From IMG/VR virus record IMGVR_UViG_3300020016_000018, positions 1 to 43,014 of that record: a DNA stretch of 43,014 bases. The stretch is one strand, 5' to 3'. This DNA comes from a virus. Taxonomy: Duplodnaviria > Caudoviricetes. Shown one piece after another: positions 34,793 through 43,014 of this stretch. Each line of letters opens with the position of its first letter. Position 1 is the stretch's first letter. Below the pieces are notes generated by a model, which searched no databases, was not told the DNA's origin, and saw nothing but the letters and a program-made list of their open reading frames with translations. The position numbers were made by a program, and so were the translations under genes.

Positions 34793-37700
34793 CCTCCTGC
34801 CAGTATCCGTTCCATCGCTCGTTGCTCTTGTAGGTCGAACCGCTTGCTGCGCTTCTGCCCTTCGATCTGCTTCTCACTGATCGTTCGGACCGGAAGGCCC
34901 AACCCTATGCGGGCCACGTTCTCCGCTGTGCGATCCGGATCACCACCGGCACCCGACTGGCTGGGGAACAGACGTGTGCCACGGTCGAGCAGAGGGTTCA
35001 GCGCACGCATCGCGTTGACGCCCTTCTCCTGGTAGTAGAGGTTGCCGTCGGAACCCTTCTTGACCTGACGAAGCAGAGCCATGAGCGGCAGCATCGCCAT
35101 GTCGAGCGTCCCTTCCGCCTTGCGATAGTCGGTGGGGCCGAACTGTTGACCGGTGAACATGTCGGTGCCAGTGGCGTACTCCCACGGGGCGGAGATGAGG
35201 GGGTTCAGGGAGGTCAGCGCCTTGCCGACATCACTGAAGTCGGCAATCCCGGCGAGAGCATTGATGTCAGCATCGACCCGCTGGTGTGGCAGATCGGGGG
35301 AGAGCATGATCGGCATTCCTTCGGCTGCACCGGGCAACCAGTCGGGGGTGGTCAGGCCGGTGTTGAATGCGCCACCTTCCAGCAGGTACTCGGGCGTCCC
35401 TTCGGCGGGGGGTGATGCGAAGTTGCGGAGGAAGCTGTTGTAGATGGCGTAACCGCGAGGCTTCGTCCACATCTCGGTGATCTGCATGGGCAGGTTGCGC
35501 GACATGAAGGTCCAGAACGGGATGACCTGCTTGGCTTTCGCATCGAACCGTGACACCTGCGAGTAGTCGAAGTGGATGCGGGTGATGCGGTCGATGGCTG
35601 CTTCGACGCTGGCACCACGCTTCACCGAATCGATCGCCATGCCGAGGCGGACCGCTCCTTCGACGTTGCCGCCCCATCGTTGCGACATGGTGGTCGCCCA
35701 GTTGCGGTACACCTTCTCCTTCATCCGGGTGCGACGGATGGCGGTGGATTCGGCGAACCCAGCTTCCCCGTAGCGACCGCCCGCACCGGTACCGAACACC
35801 GCTTCGAATGCGTCCGCCAGTTGTGGTTGTTCCCGGCGCAGGTTGACGAGGAAGTCAGCGCCCTCACCCTTCTTGGCCGAGTCCATGTACTTGGACCACA
35901 GACCGACACCCTGGATTTGGCGTCGGGCCGGGACACCATCGACCGAGTTCATGAACGACGCCGACATCGAGTTGCGGACATGGAAGCCGATGGACAGGGT
36001 GGCGTACGTCTTGAAGAAGTTGGTGTACGAGTTCATCAGGCTACCCAACGCACCGGGCTGCTTCGCCCAGTTGTCGAGTACCTGGTTCATCGCTGCGAAC
36101 TGCTTGTGGATGAGGATGCCACCCTCGGGTGCGAGGTCGTACTCTTGGCGCACCTTGGCCCGGACCACTTCCACGAAGTCGTTGGTGCCTGCCGCCTTCA
36201 ACACTTCGTCGGCCTGCTTGGCCTTGATGTCCTGCACTGTGGCGTTCGTCAACCGGCGACGGTAGTCATGCAACCGTGCCTCGGCCCCGGCCAGGGAGGC
36301 ATCGTCCATGAGCGGGTTGAGCCTGATCATCTCTTCGATGTCAGCGAGGCTCGACTCCAGCGGCTGCACCCGGTACAGGCCAGGGTCAGTGACGTTGACT
36401 TCGCCCAAGTCTTTGGCGGTGGGGCGGAGACCGGTGTCGACAACATCGCCCACCTCCTTCTCGGTGCGAGTCATCCGGGTGGATGCCTTGCGTGATGGCG
36501 GTGCAGCCTCCAGCGCCTTCTTGATCTCCGCTCGCTCGTTCTGGAGGGCGACCTTGTTGGTCTGCAACTCGGCCACGTTCTCGGCGTAGCCGGTGCCCTC
36601 CTGGGTCAGGCGATCCACCTCGTGCTGCAATTCCACCGGCACCTCTTTGGCACCCTGGCGCAGCTGCCCGCGACGGTTCTCCATCTGACGGACCGACTGA
36701 TCCAGTTCGCCAGTGTTCTGTTCGATGATGCGCTGCGCCCCCGAAGGTGGAGCACCCTCCTTCCCCGCCCGCAGCGAGGCACCCAACTCTTGGCGTGTAC
36801 GACCGAGCGCCTGCTCGACACCGGGGGCACGAGCAGCAGCGTTGCTGAGTTCGCCGCTCTGCACCTGGCTGGCACGCTTGTTGATGAACTCTTCCATCGT
36901 CGCCCGAGCCCACGGCTCCGGGTTCACGTCGGCCAGGTACTTCTCCCGATCCAGACCAAGTTTGAAGCGGCGGTATTTCTGCGACAGTTCGCTGTCGTAC
37001 AGGTTGGTGTAGTCACGGGTGAGGTCCCGACGCGTGCTCTCGATGAGGTCGCTGATCTCCTTGGTCTTGTACTTTTCCTCGGCGGCACGGATGCCAGCTT
37101 CCAGGTTGCGTTCAGCGGTGACACGCTCGGGCGAGTTCTTGCGCCGGTTCTGCAAGATGCGACGCAACTTCTTCACGCCTTCGTCGTCCTGCACCTTCGC
37201 CCTGGCCGCATCGAGCGCTTCCTGCCGCCCCTTGATCTGGCGTTCCAGGCTCTCGATGCGCTCGAACTCGGCGTCAGTGGCGAAGTAGGCCAGCCGCTCG
37301 TCGTTGCTGTTGGCGGGCATCCGCCAACGGCGACCCGCCTCCTCGGCTTGGGCTGCGATCTGCTCCATGCTCTCGGCTTCACGGATACGGGATGACGACT
37401 TCGGGGGGCCGGGGAACATCTCGTTCCACTCGGCCTCGGTGAGACCGTGCTTGGTGAGGAATGCTTCGAACTCGGGACGGTTGTTGGCGACGGGGACCCG
37501 CTTCAGTGCGGCCATGCGATCGGGTTCGATGGCGGGTGTCGGCTTCGGGATCAGCTTGGCGTCTTGCAGCTGGTCCATGTACTCAGCAGGCAGCACCACT
37601 TCGTGTTCTTTCGCCACGGACAGGGCGCGGATGTTCTCGGGTTGATCAGCAAGACCCTTGATCCGATCGAACTCCTCCTGCGGAATGTCGACGTACATCG

Positions 37701-40700
37701 TTCGCCGCCCCTCTCCGGGGTCCATGTTCGTCGGATACTTCGCAGCAAGTTCAGGATCGGTAGTAGCCCACCGACCCTGGACTTCGTTGCGTGCCTGCAT
37801 CTCAGGCTGCTCGTTGATCCAGCCCAAGCCCCGAGCTTCGCGTGCTGCCGCAGCTTCTTCAGCAGACATGCCAGCTTGCTCCGGCACGCCGCGCCACAGC
37901 CGCACCATCCCTGGGGCTGGCTCTGCTGTAGCAGCAGCCACCTTCGGTGCTGCTGCTTCAAGCGCAGCGAGCTTCGCTTCCAGGCCAGGCAGTTCCCGTT
38001 CCGCCTTCGCCGCTGCCTTCTTGGCCGCAGCGAGTTCGTTCTTCAGCTTCTGGGCCTGCGCCCTGGCGTTCGCTGCCCGACGCGGGGTGGGGGTGGGCAG
38101 TTCCGCAGCGTTCGACTTGCGCACCTTGGTGGTGTAATCGAACCAATCCTTCTCGGCTGCGTTGCCAGCGTTATCCAACCCTTCGTAGGTGCCGACCTTC
38201 TTGCCGTACGGATCGATCACGTCGTAGGTGTTGCGACTGACCTTGTTGATCTCGTAGACATCGCCGCTGCCGCGACCACCGCCGTGGTACTGGTAGTTAC
38301 CACCCGTCGTCTTCTCCATCGGGTTCTGTTGTGACAGGCGGTTGCGGTCCAGTGCCTGCTGTGCCTGTTCCCGGCGACGCACCGCTTCACGTCGTGCGTT
38401 CACCTCCTGCTGGAGGGTGACAGCCTCGGGGGTCTGGGCCGGGGCAGCAGCCTCGACCGGGACAACAGGTTCCTCGACCTTTGCACCGTGCAAAGGTTCG
38501 GGCACCTCTGTCGGCACACGTTCCGCTGGTGGCACAGCCTGGCGCGTGTCGGCCTCCACGACGGTGCCAATCGTCTCTGCTTCCTCGGGCGTCACCCGAC
38601 CACGGAGATGAGGTTGCGCCTTCTCGGCTTCCTGGGTGACGAGGCCCACCCGCTTGTACAGATCGTCCCGCTCTCCCTTCAACAGGTTCAGTGCTTCCCG
38701 CGTCTCTGCCGATCCGTCGCCAGTGAGGATGCGGTTGATCGACTCGGCCTCATCGAGCAGACGGTTCATGCGAGTGTTGATCGTGGAGATGTGATCACGC
38801 ACCTGTTCCTGGGTCATCCGTGCGGTGGTCCGCTTCAACGCCCGGATGTCCTTGGTGATCTGATCGGCCTCGGTCCTCAAGCCGTCGATGGTGTTCTTCG
38901 CCAGGTACCGAGCACGGCGCTTGCGGAGACCGACATCCTTGATCGAGGCGGTCAGGTCATTGACCTGCCCGTCGAGGCTTGCCATCTCCCGACCGATCTT
39001 GCGGTTGCGTTGGATCATCGGCGCAGCAATCTCGTCACGCAACTGACCGGCTTCGGTGGCCACCTCGGTGCGGGCAAGGTCAGCGAACGGACGGTTCTCG
39101 GCGATGGTCTGCTGCGCCTGTTCGGCAACCCGCTGGTTCAGCGCCGCCGTTTCATCTTCGACCTTGCTGCCCACAACGTACGGGTTGTCAGCGAACGGGT
39201 CGGGGGTGCGTGTCCCGTCGGCCTGACGCACGCGCTGGGTCACGTCATCGAGGACAGGATCAGGGACGATGTTCTCGCCGAACTCACCAGCCATCTCGGC
39301 GCGGGACTTGCGATACCCCACGTCCCCGGCGACCCCGGTCATGTACCGCTCGAAGATGGTCTGCGGGTTGGTCTCCAGCGCCGTGCCTTCGAAGCCGGGG
39401 AACAACTGCTTGATCTTCGAGTTGATCTCCTCGACGGTGCCGGTGTCGATCTGCATGGTGCGACCGCCGACCTTGATGAACTTGGGTGTGCCGTCAGCAT
39501 TCGGGCGCAGGGCACGAGCGCTGAGGAACCCGGAGTCACGGGTCGTGTCGCGGGTGACGAGACCGGCAGCAGCCTTGAACGCTTCGGCGTCAGCCCCACC
39601 CTTGCCGAGCAGCTTCTTGAACTCGGGGCTGAGGATGTGCGGCAGGTACTCTAAGCCTTCCAACTCGGGAAGATCAACGCCGTACATGTCCTTGGCTGTC
39701 TGCACCGTCCACTTCGACAGCCGGTTCAGCGCCGTCTCCGGTCCGTTCACATCCTCGGTGGCAGCGAGGTACCGCGTCATGTCGCCGCCGTAATCCTTCA
39801 GTTCTGTCTCCACCTCCTTCATCGTGGAATCCACCTGACGGGCACCGAGTTCGGCGAACGTCCCGGCGTAGCGACGGAACTTGCGGTTCTGACGCACGGT
39901 GTCGGCAGCAGCCAAGAACTCTTCGCGGGGTGCAGCCCCCGACGTGAGCGACCGCATCGCCTTCTCCAGTTCCTCCGGCGTGCGACCACGCAGAAAGTCC
40001 TGCACCTTGGGTGAAGCGTTGAGCGCACCACGAACCGCGCCGCTCGTTTCGTGCACGGCACGGCCCAAGCGTTCGGTGCCGGGGATGACGGGTGTGGAGA
40101 TGTCACTGAACGGAAGCTCGAAGCGCAGCCCTGGCTTGTTCATCTTCAGAGCGGGCAGCAGGGATTCATCGGCCACGCCGAGACCTTTGCTGCCGACCCG
40201 TTGCAGACCACGCAGCGCTTCATCGGAGAGTTCGCCAGCCGCACCGAGTTCGGCCACGGCGTCAGCGATCTTGCCTGCCCGTGCAGCGCGGCCGACACCA
40301 GCGGTCCCCGCCTTCGCTGCTCCACCGATACCGAAAGTGGCGTACGTCAACGGGTCGAGGGCCACGTCCCCGGCGAAACCGATGGCCCGGTCTATCCACT
40401 TGTTGCCGGTGACATCGCCGAGCAACTGACCGACGCCGTAGCTCGGGTCCTTCAGCTTCTCCAGGTTGGAACGATCGTCGTCCTCGGTGCCGTGTGTGTC
40501 CCGACCGGTGAGACCTTCGGCTACTTCTTCGAGACCGAGGATGGCAGCGCGCCTGCCGTAGTCCAGAACCTCCAGCGGCTTGAGCACTGTCTGGGTGATC
40601 GGGTTGTTGAGCACCACCCCCAGGCCACGGGCCCACAGTGGCTGGTCGTTCGATGCTGCTGCGGGTGCAGCAGCGAGCGCTGTCCGTGGCGGTCCAGAAC

Positions 40701-40848
40701 GACTCGCTGTGATGGCTTGCTTGATGCGGTTCTGTCCGACCCCTTTGCTGGCGCTGGCGCGTGAACGCTGAGGTTGCGGGACAGGGCGCTGTCCGCCACG
40801 CGCTGAGGCAGCGATCCGCCCACCTGGATCGTAGAAAGTGACGGGCAC
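34789..40848 (-). CDS. Large internal virion / DNA-ejection protein (polyvalent-like), 2019 aa
   Basis: GFAGDVALDPLTY N-terminal motif, long coiled coils, HFDYS...IPFWTF..RN C-terminal motif; third of three large ORFs after the tail genes. Confidence 0.7.
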   Translation of the reverse strand: MPVTFYDPGGRIAASARGGQRPVPQPQRSRASASKGVGQNRIKQAITASRSGPPRTALAAAPAAASNDQPLWARGLGVVLNNPITQTVLKPLEVLDYGRRAAILGLEEVAEGLTGRDTHGTEDDDRSNLEKLKDPSYGVGQLLGDVTGNKWIDRAIGFAGDVALDPLTYATFGIGGAAKAGTAGVGRAARAGKIADAVAELGAAGELSDEALRGLQRVGSKGLGVADESLLPALKMNKPGLRFELPFSDISTPVIPGTERLGRAVHETSGAVRGALNASPKVQDFLRGRTPEELEKAMRSLTSGAAPREEFLAAADTVRQNRKFRRYAGTFAELGARQVDSTMKEVETELKDYGGDMTRYLAATEDVNGPETALNRLSKWTVQTAKDMYGVDLPELEGLEYLPHILSPEFKKLLGKGGADAEAFKAAAGLVTRDTTRDSGFLSARALRPNADGTPKFIKVGGRTMQIDTGTVEEINSKIKQLFPGFEGTALETNPQTIFERYMTGVAGDVGYRKSRAEMAGEFGENIVPDPVLDDVTQRVRQADGTRTPDPFADNPYVVGSKVEDETAALNQRVAEQAQQTIAENRPFADLARTEVATEAGQLRDEIAAPMIQRNRKIGREMASLDGQVNDLTASIKDVGLRKRRARYLAKNTIDGLRTEADQITKDIRALKRTTARMTQEQVRDHISTINTRMNRLLDEAESINRILTGDGSAETREALNLLKGERDDLYKRVGLVTQEAEKAQPHLRGRVTPEEAETIGTVVEADTRQAVPPAERVPTEVPEPLHGAKVEEPVVPVEAAAPAQTPEAVTLQQEVNARREAVRRREQAQQALDRNRLSQQNPMEKTTGGNYQYHGGGRGSGDVYEINKVSRNTYDVIDPYGKKVGTYEGLDNAGNAAEKDWFDYTTKVRKSNAAELPTPTPRRAANARAQAQKLKNELAAAKKAAAKAERELPGLEAKLAALEAAAPKVAAATAEPAPGMVRLWRGVPEQAGMSAEEAAAAREARGLGWINEQPEMQARNEVQGRWATTDPELAAKYPTNMDPGEGRRTMYVDIPQEEFDRIKGLADQPENIRALSVAKEHEVVLPAEYMDQLQDAKLIPKPTPAIEPDRMAALKRVPVANNRPEFEAFLTKHGLTEAEWNEMFPGPPKSSSRIREAESMEQIAAQAEEAGRRWRMPANSNDERLAYFATDAEFERIESLERQIKGRQEALDAARAKVQDDEGVKKLRRILQNRRKNSPERVTAERNLEAGIRAAEEKYKTKEISDLIESTRRDLTRDYTNLYDSELSQKYRRFKLGLDREKYLADVNPEPWARATMEEFINKRASQVQSGELSNAAARAPGVEQALGRTRQELGASLRAGKEGAPPSGAQRIIEQNTGELDQSVRQMENRRGQLRQGAKEVPVELQHEVDRLTQEGTGYAENVAELQTNKVALQNERAEIKKALEAAPPSRKASTRMTRTEKEVGDVVDTGLRPTAKDLGEVNVTDPGLYRVQPLESSLADIEEMIRLNPLMDDASLAGAEARLHDYRRRLTNATVQDIKAKQADEVLKAAGTNDFVEVVRAKVRQEYDLAPEGGILIHKQFAAMNQVLDNWAKQPGALGSLMNSYTNFFKTYATLSIGFHVRNSMSASFMNSVDGVPARRQIQGVGLWSKYMDSAKKGEGADFLVNLRREQPQLADAFEAVFGTGAGGRYGEAGFAESTAIRRTRMKEKVYRNWATTMSQRWGGNVEGAVRLGMAIDSVKRGASVEAAIDRITRIHFDYSQVSRFDAKAKQVIPFWTFMSRNLPMQITEMWTKPRGYAIYNSFLRNFASPPAEGTPEYLLEGGAFNTGLTTPDWLPGAAEGMPIMLSPDLPHQRVDADINALAGIADFSDVGKALTSLNPLISAPWEYATGTDMFTGQQFGPTDYRKAEGTLDMAMLPLMALLRQVKKGSDGNLYYQEKGVNAMRALNPLLDRGTRLFPSQSGAGGDPDRTAENVARIGLGLPVRTISEKQIEGQKRSKRFDLQEQRAMERILAGG
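38478..38496. repeat. 19-bp palindrome copy 10, intragenic
   Basis: CCTTTGCACCGTGCAAAGG, encoding PLHGAKV in a Pro/Glu-rich linker. Confidence 0.95.
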
Positions 40849-42192
40849 TCAGATACCGCCGTAGACGCCGCCGCGGCGAGCGTTGACTTCGGCGGTGAAC
40901 GGCGTGCGCCCGTTCGCTGCCAGGTACTGCACCAAAGCTTGACGTTCCTGCTGTTGACGCCGTGCGTCGAACGCCCTGGCCGATGCCACCAGGTTCGCTT
41001 TCTTCGCAGCGACGTTCGCCAGGTTCCCTTTCACCACACGCGCTTGAGCCTCCCCGGCCTTCCGCTTCTGCTGGGCGATGATGCCCGCCAGAATGCTCGG
41101 ATCGTTGACAGGTGCCCTGCCACTGGCTCGCTTCATGCCGAGGGCTCCAGGCGTGGCCACCTGGGGCCGGTTGCGAACGAAGCCTTTGTTCGGGTTCGGA
41201 TTGATCTCGGGCGAGACGATTCGGTTGCGAACGAAGCCGGTCGATTCGTTGCCTGTCTCGTCGGTCACCTGAGGGATGTTGCGGACGAAGCCGCCGCCGC
41301 TACCGCCGCCAGGGCTGGGGGCCACTTTGAAGTCAGCCACCGACCGACCCCCCGGCTTCTGCACATCCAGGAAGCGGCGGTACCGCTCGGCCTGGGCATC
41401 CCGGTCCTTGATCGCTTCCGGCAGGGCGACGCCGCCCTGCCATGCCATGTCGGTCGCTGCCTTGCGACGGGCGACTTCGAGGGCTGCGTCAGTCTCCGGT
41501 GTCACCCCTTCCGGGGCGAACTCCCACGGGTCGTACATCTGGTCGGGCGTGTTGTAGTAGCCGAGCGCCCGAGCCTTCTTCGTCATCGGCGAGTCTTCGC
41601 TCGTCACCTTGACCGGGTTGCCGTTCTCGTCAATGATGTCGAACTGCGGATCGGATTGGATCATGCCCTCCAGGTTCTGAAGGTCGTCATCAACACGATC
41701 GAAGTCCGGCTGGGTGGTCCGCGTGATGGGTGAATCCGGGTTGTTCGGGTCTCGGGCGTAGTACCGCGGGAGATCACCGAGGATCGCACTGAGCACCTCC
41801 GGGTCGCCTGGGCTGCCATCCTCCTGCGTGAACGTCGTGGGATCAGCAGCCCAGTTCTCCAACTCGGAACGAATCTGACCGGAGCCCCACCCCTGGTCGA
41901 ATCGGTCGGCAACGTACTGCTGGTACGGGGTGCCTTGCTTCCACTTCTCCAGCGTGCGATGACCCCGAGCATCGACCGGTTCGTAGCTGGAGATCGGCTG
42001 GAACACCCGAGGGTCCAGCAGGTTGTTCATCAAGGCGTAGGAGATGTCGGCACCGAGGGTGGCACCCTTCTTCGCCTCCGTCATCCAGTCGCCCTGGTAG
42101 TCGAACTCGTCCTCCTCGTACGACGGGACGCCCGGATACATCGGCTCCGCTGCCAGGTAGTTCACATACTCCGGGTCCCAGGCTCCAGCCAT
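40849..42192 (-). CDS. Putative internal virion protein, 447 aa
   Basis: AGGGAG RBS; abuts the 2019-aa gene; threefold GFVRN repeat. Confidence 0.65.
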   Translation of the reverse strand: MAGAWDPEYVNYLAAEPMYPGVPSYEEDEFDYQGDWMTEAKKGATLGADISYALMNNLLDPRVFQPISSYEPVDARGHRTLEKWKQGTPYQQYVADRFDQGWGSGQIRSELENWAADPTTFTQEDGSPGDPEVLSAILGDLPRYYARDPNNPDSPITRTTQPDFDRVDDDLQNLEGMIQSDPQFDIIDENGNPVKVTSEDSPMTKKARALGYYNTPDQMYDPWEFAPEGVTPETDAALEVARRKAATDMAWQGGVALPEAIKDRDAQAERYRRFLDVQKPGGRSVADFKVAPSPGGGSGGGFVRNIPQVTDETGNESTGFVRNRIVSPEINPNPNKGFVRNRPQVATPGALGMKRASGRAPVNDPSILAGIIAQQKRKAGEAQARVVKGNLANVAAKKANLVASARAFDARRQQQERQALVQYLAANGRTPFTAEVNARRGGVYGGI

Positions 42193-42201
42193 GATGTCTC
42201 C

Positions 42202-43009
42202 TTACGCTGCCGGTGCGGCGGGGGCCGCGCTGAGTTGGAACTGTTGCAGTAGTGCCGGGTCGATTGCCTGGCCAGATGCGATCAGTTCGATGAGGGTCTT
42301 GACGTTGCCAGCGTTGAACTCGTTCGCCATCTGAGCGTTGGCCTGGTTGGTCTGGTTGCGACCGGTGTTGTTCGCCATGATCTCTTGCATCGTGGCCTGG
42401 TACTTCTTGTCGGCAACCTCGACGCCGTACTGCCACTTGTCCTTCTGGTACTGCTCTTGGGCTCGGGCCTGGGCCATGTCGATCCCCAGGTTCATGTTGC
42501 GGCCCTGGTTGGCGAGCGACTCCTGGAACCGTCGCTGATCCCCGCCGAGTGCACGAAGGCTGGACGCCTGGTTGTTGGCGGCTGCACCACCGAGCAAGGC
42601 CAGCACGTTGCCGAACGCCTGGTCTGCTTGCACGCCCTGGTTGGTGGTGGCCTGGTCGGCGGTCGCGCCATTGGCCTGCATCATCCGCTGCATGGCAGCG
42701 TCCATTGGCTGGTTGGTGGTGTAGGCGCGGTTGGCGAACGGGTTCTGATACGTGTTCAGTTCGGTGGTGGCGTCGGCGTACGCCTGGTTGCCGGTGGCCT
42801 GATCGGCGGCGATGCCTGACGCCAACCCGGTGCGCGCCTGGTTGTACTGGGTCGGGTCGAAGGCATAGAACTCTTGCGCCTGATAGTCGGGGAGGTCAAC
42901 GTCTTCCCACTGGTACCGCTCGGGCTGGCGGTTCATCAGGGCCATGATCGCCCCCACGTCTACACCACCACCACCGCCGCCACCGCCACCGCCGCCACGG
43001 CCACGGCCA
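42202..43009 (-). CDS. C-terminal part of the junction-spanning internal virion protein (true start at 461)
   Basis: Q/A/N-rich; open frame continues through the terminal repeat. Confidence 0.75.
42884..43009. repeat. Terminal direct repeat (copy 2)
   Basis: Identical to 1-126; the last 5 nt (tgcag) do not match. Confidence 0.9.
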
Positions 43010-43014
43010 TGCAG

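Noticed and set aside
34789-40848. Tape measure protein or N4-like virion RNA polymerase using the hairpins as promoters
   Set aside because: No RNAP catalytic motifs or tape-measure repeat pattern recognised, and no tail-tube or chaperone genes nearby
42884-43014. Biological direct terminal repeat
   Set aside because: The 126-bp length resembles an assembler overlap and it lies mid-gene; the final tgcag is probably an artefact
1-43014. Integrase/lysogeny module, DNA polymerase, tRNA or rRNA genes
   Set aside because: No supporting motifs or cloverleaf seen by eye; tRNAscan and HMM searches would be needed to exclude them formally

Overview
The window is an apparently complete, circularly permuted ~42.9-kb genome of a high-GC tailed phage. 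Bases 1-126 repeat at 42884-43009, and one gene runs across that junction. The host is probably actinobacterial; this is inferred from GTG/leaderless starts, TTGTCCCCA/TTATCCACA boxes and the endolysin type. The minus-strand arm (16914 to 1, then 43009 to 32193) encodes TerS, TerL, portal, scaffold, major capsid, a head-tail adaptor fused to collagen, a nozzle-like tail protein, fibres, three large putative ejection proteins and a lysis cassette. No tape measure or tail tube is recognisable, so the virion looks podovirus-like. The plus-strand arm encodes an Arc/Mnt-like RHH regulator, two PD-(D/E)XK nucleases, a probable SSB and a primase-helicase, followed by an origin/terminus-like region and an accessory region of small genes. 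No integrase, DNA polymerase, tRNA or CRISPR array was seen. The strongest unexplained signal is a 19-bp palindrome, CCTTTGCAC(C/G)GTGCAAAGG, found in 10 copies. Most copies sit just after stop codons and divide the accessory region into cassette-like modules that carry their own terminators and homologous leaders. Other notable signals are a shared 21-bp leaderless promoter-like motif before terS and the scaffold gene, an ADP-ribosyltransferase-like domain inside the 2019-aa protein, and a compositionally odd Ala-rich gene. All protein calls come from motif recognition by eye; no database searches were run.
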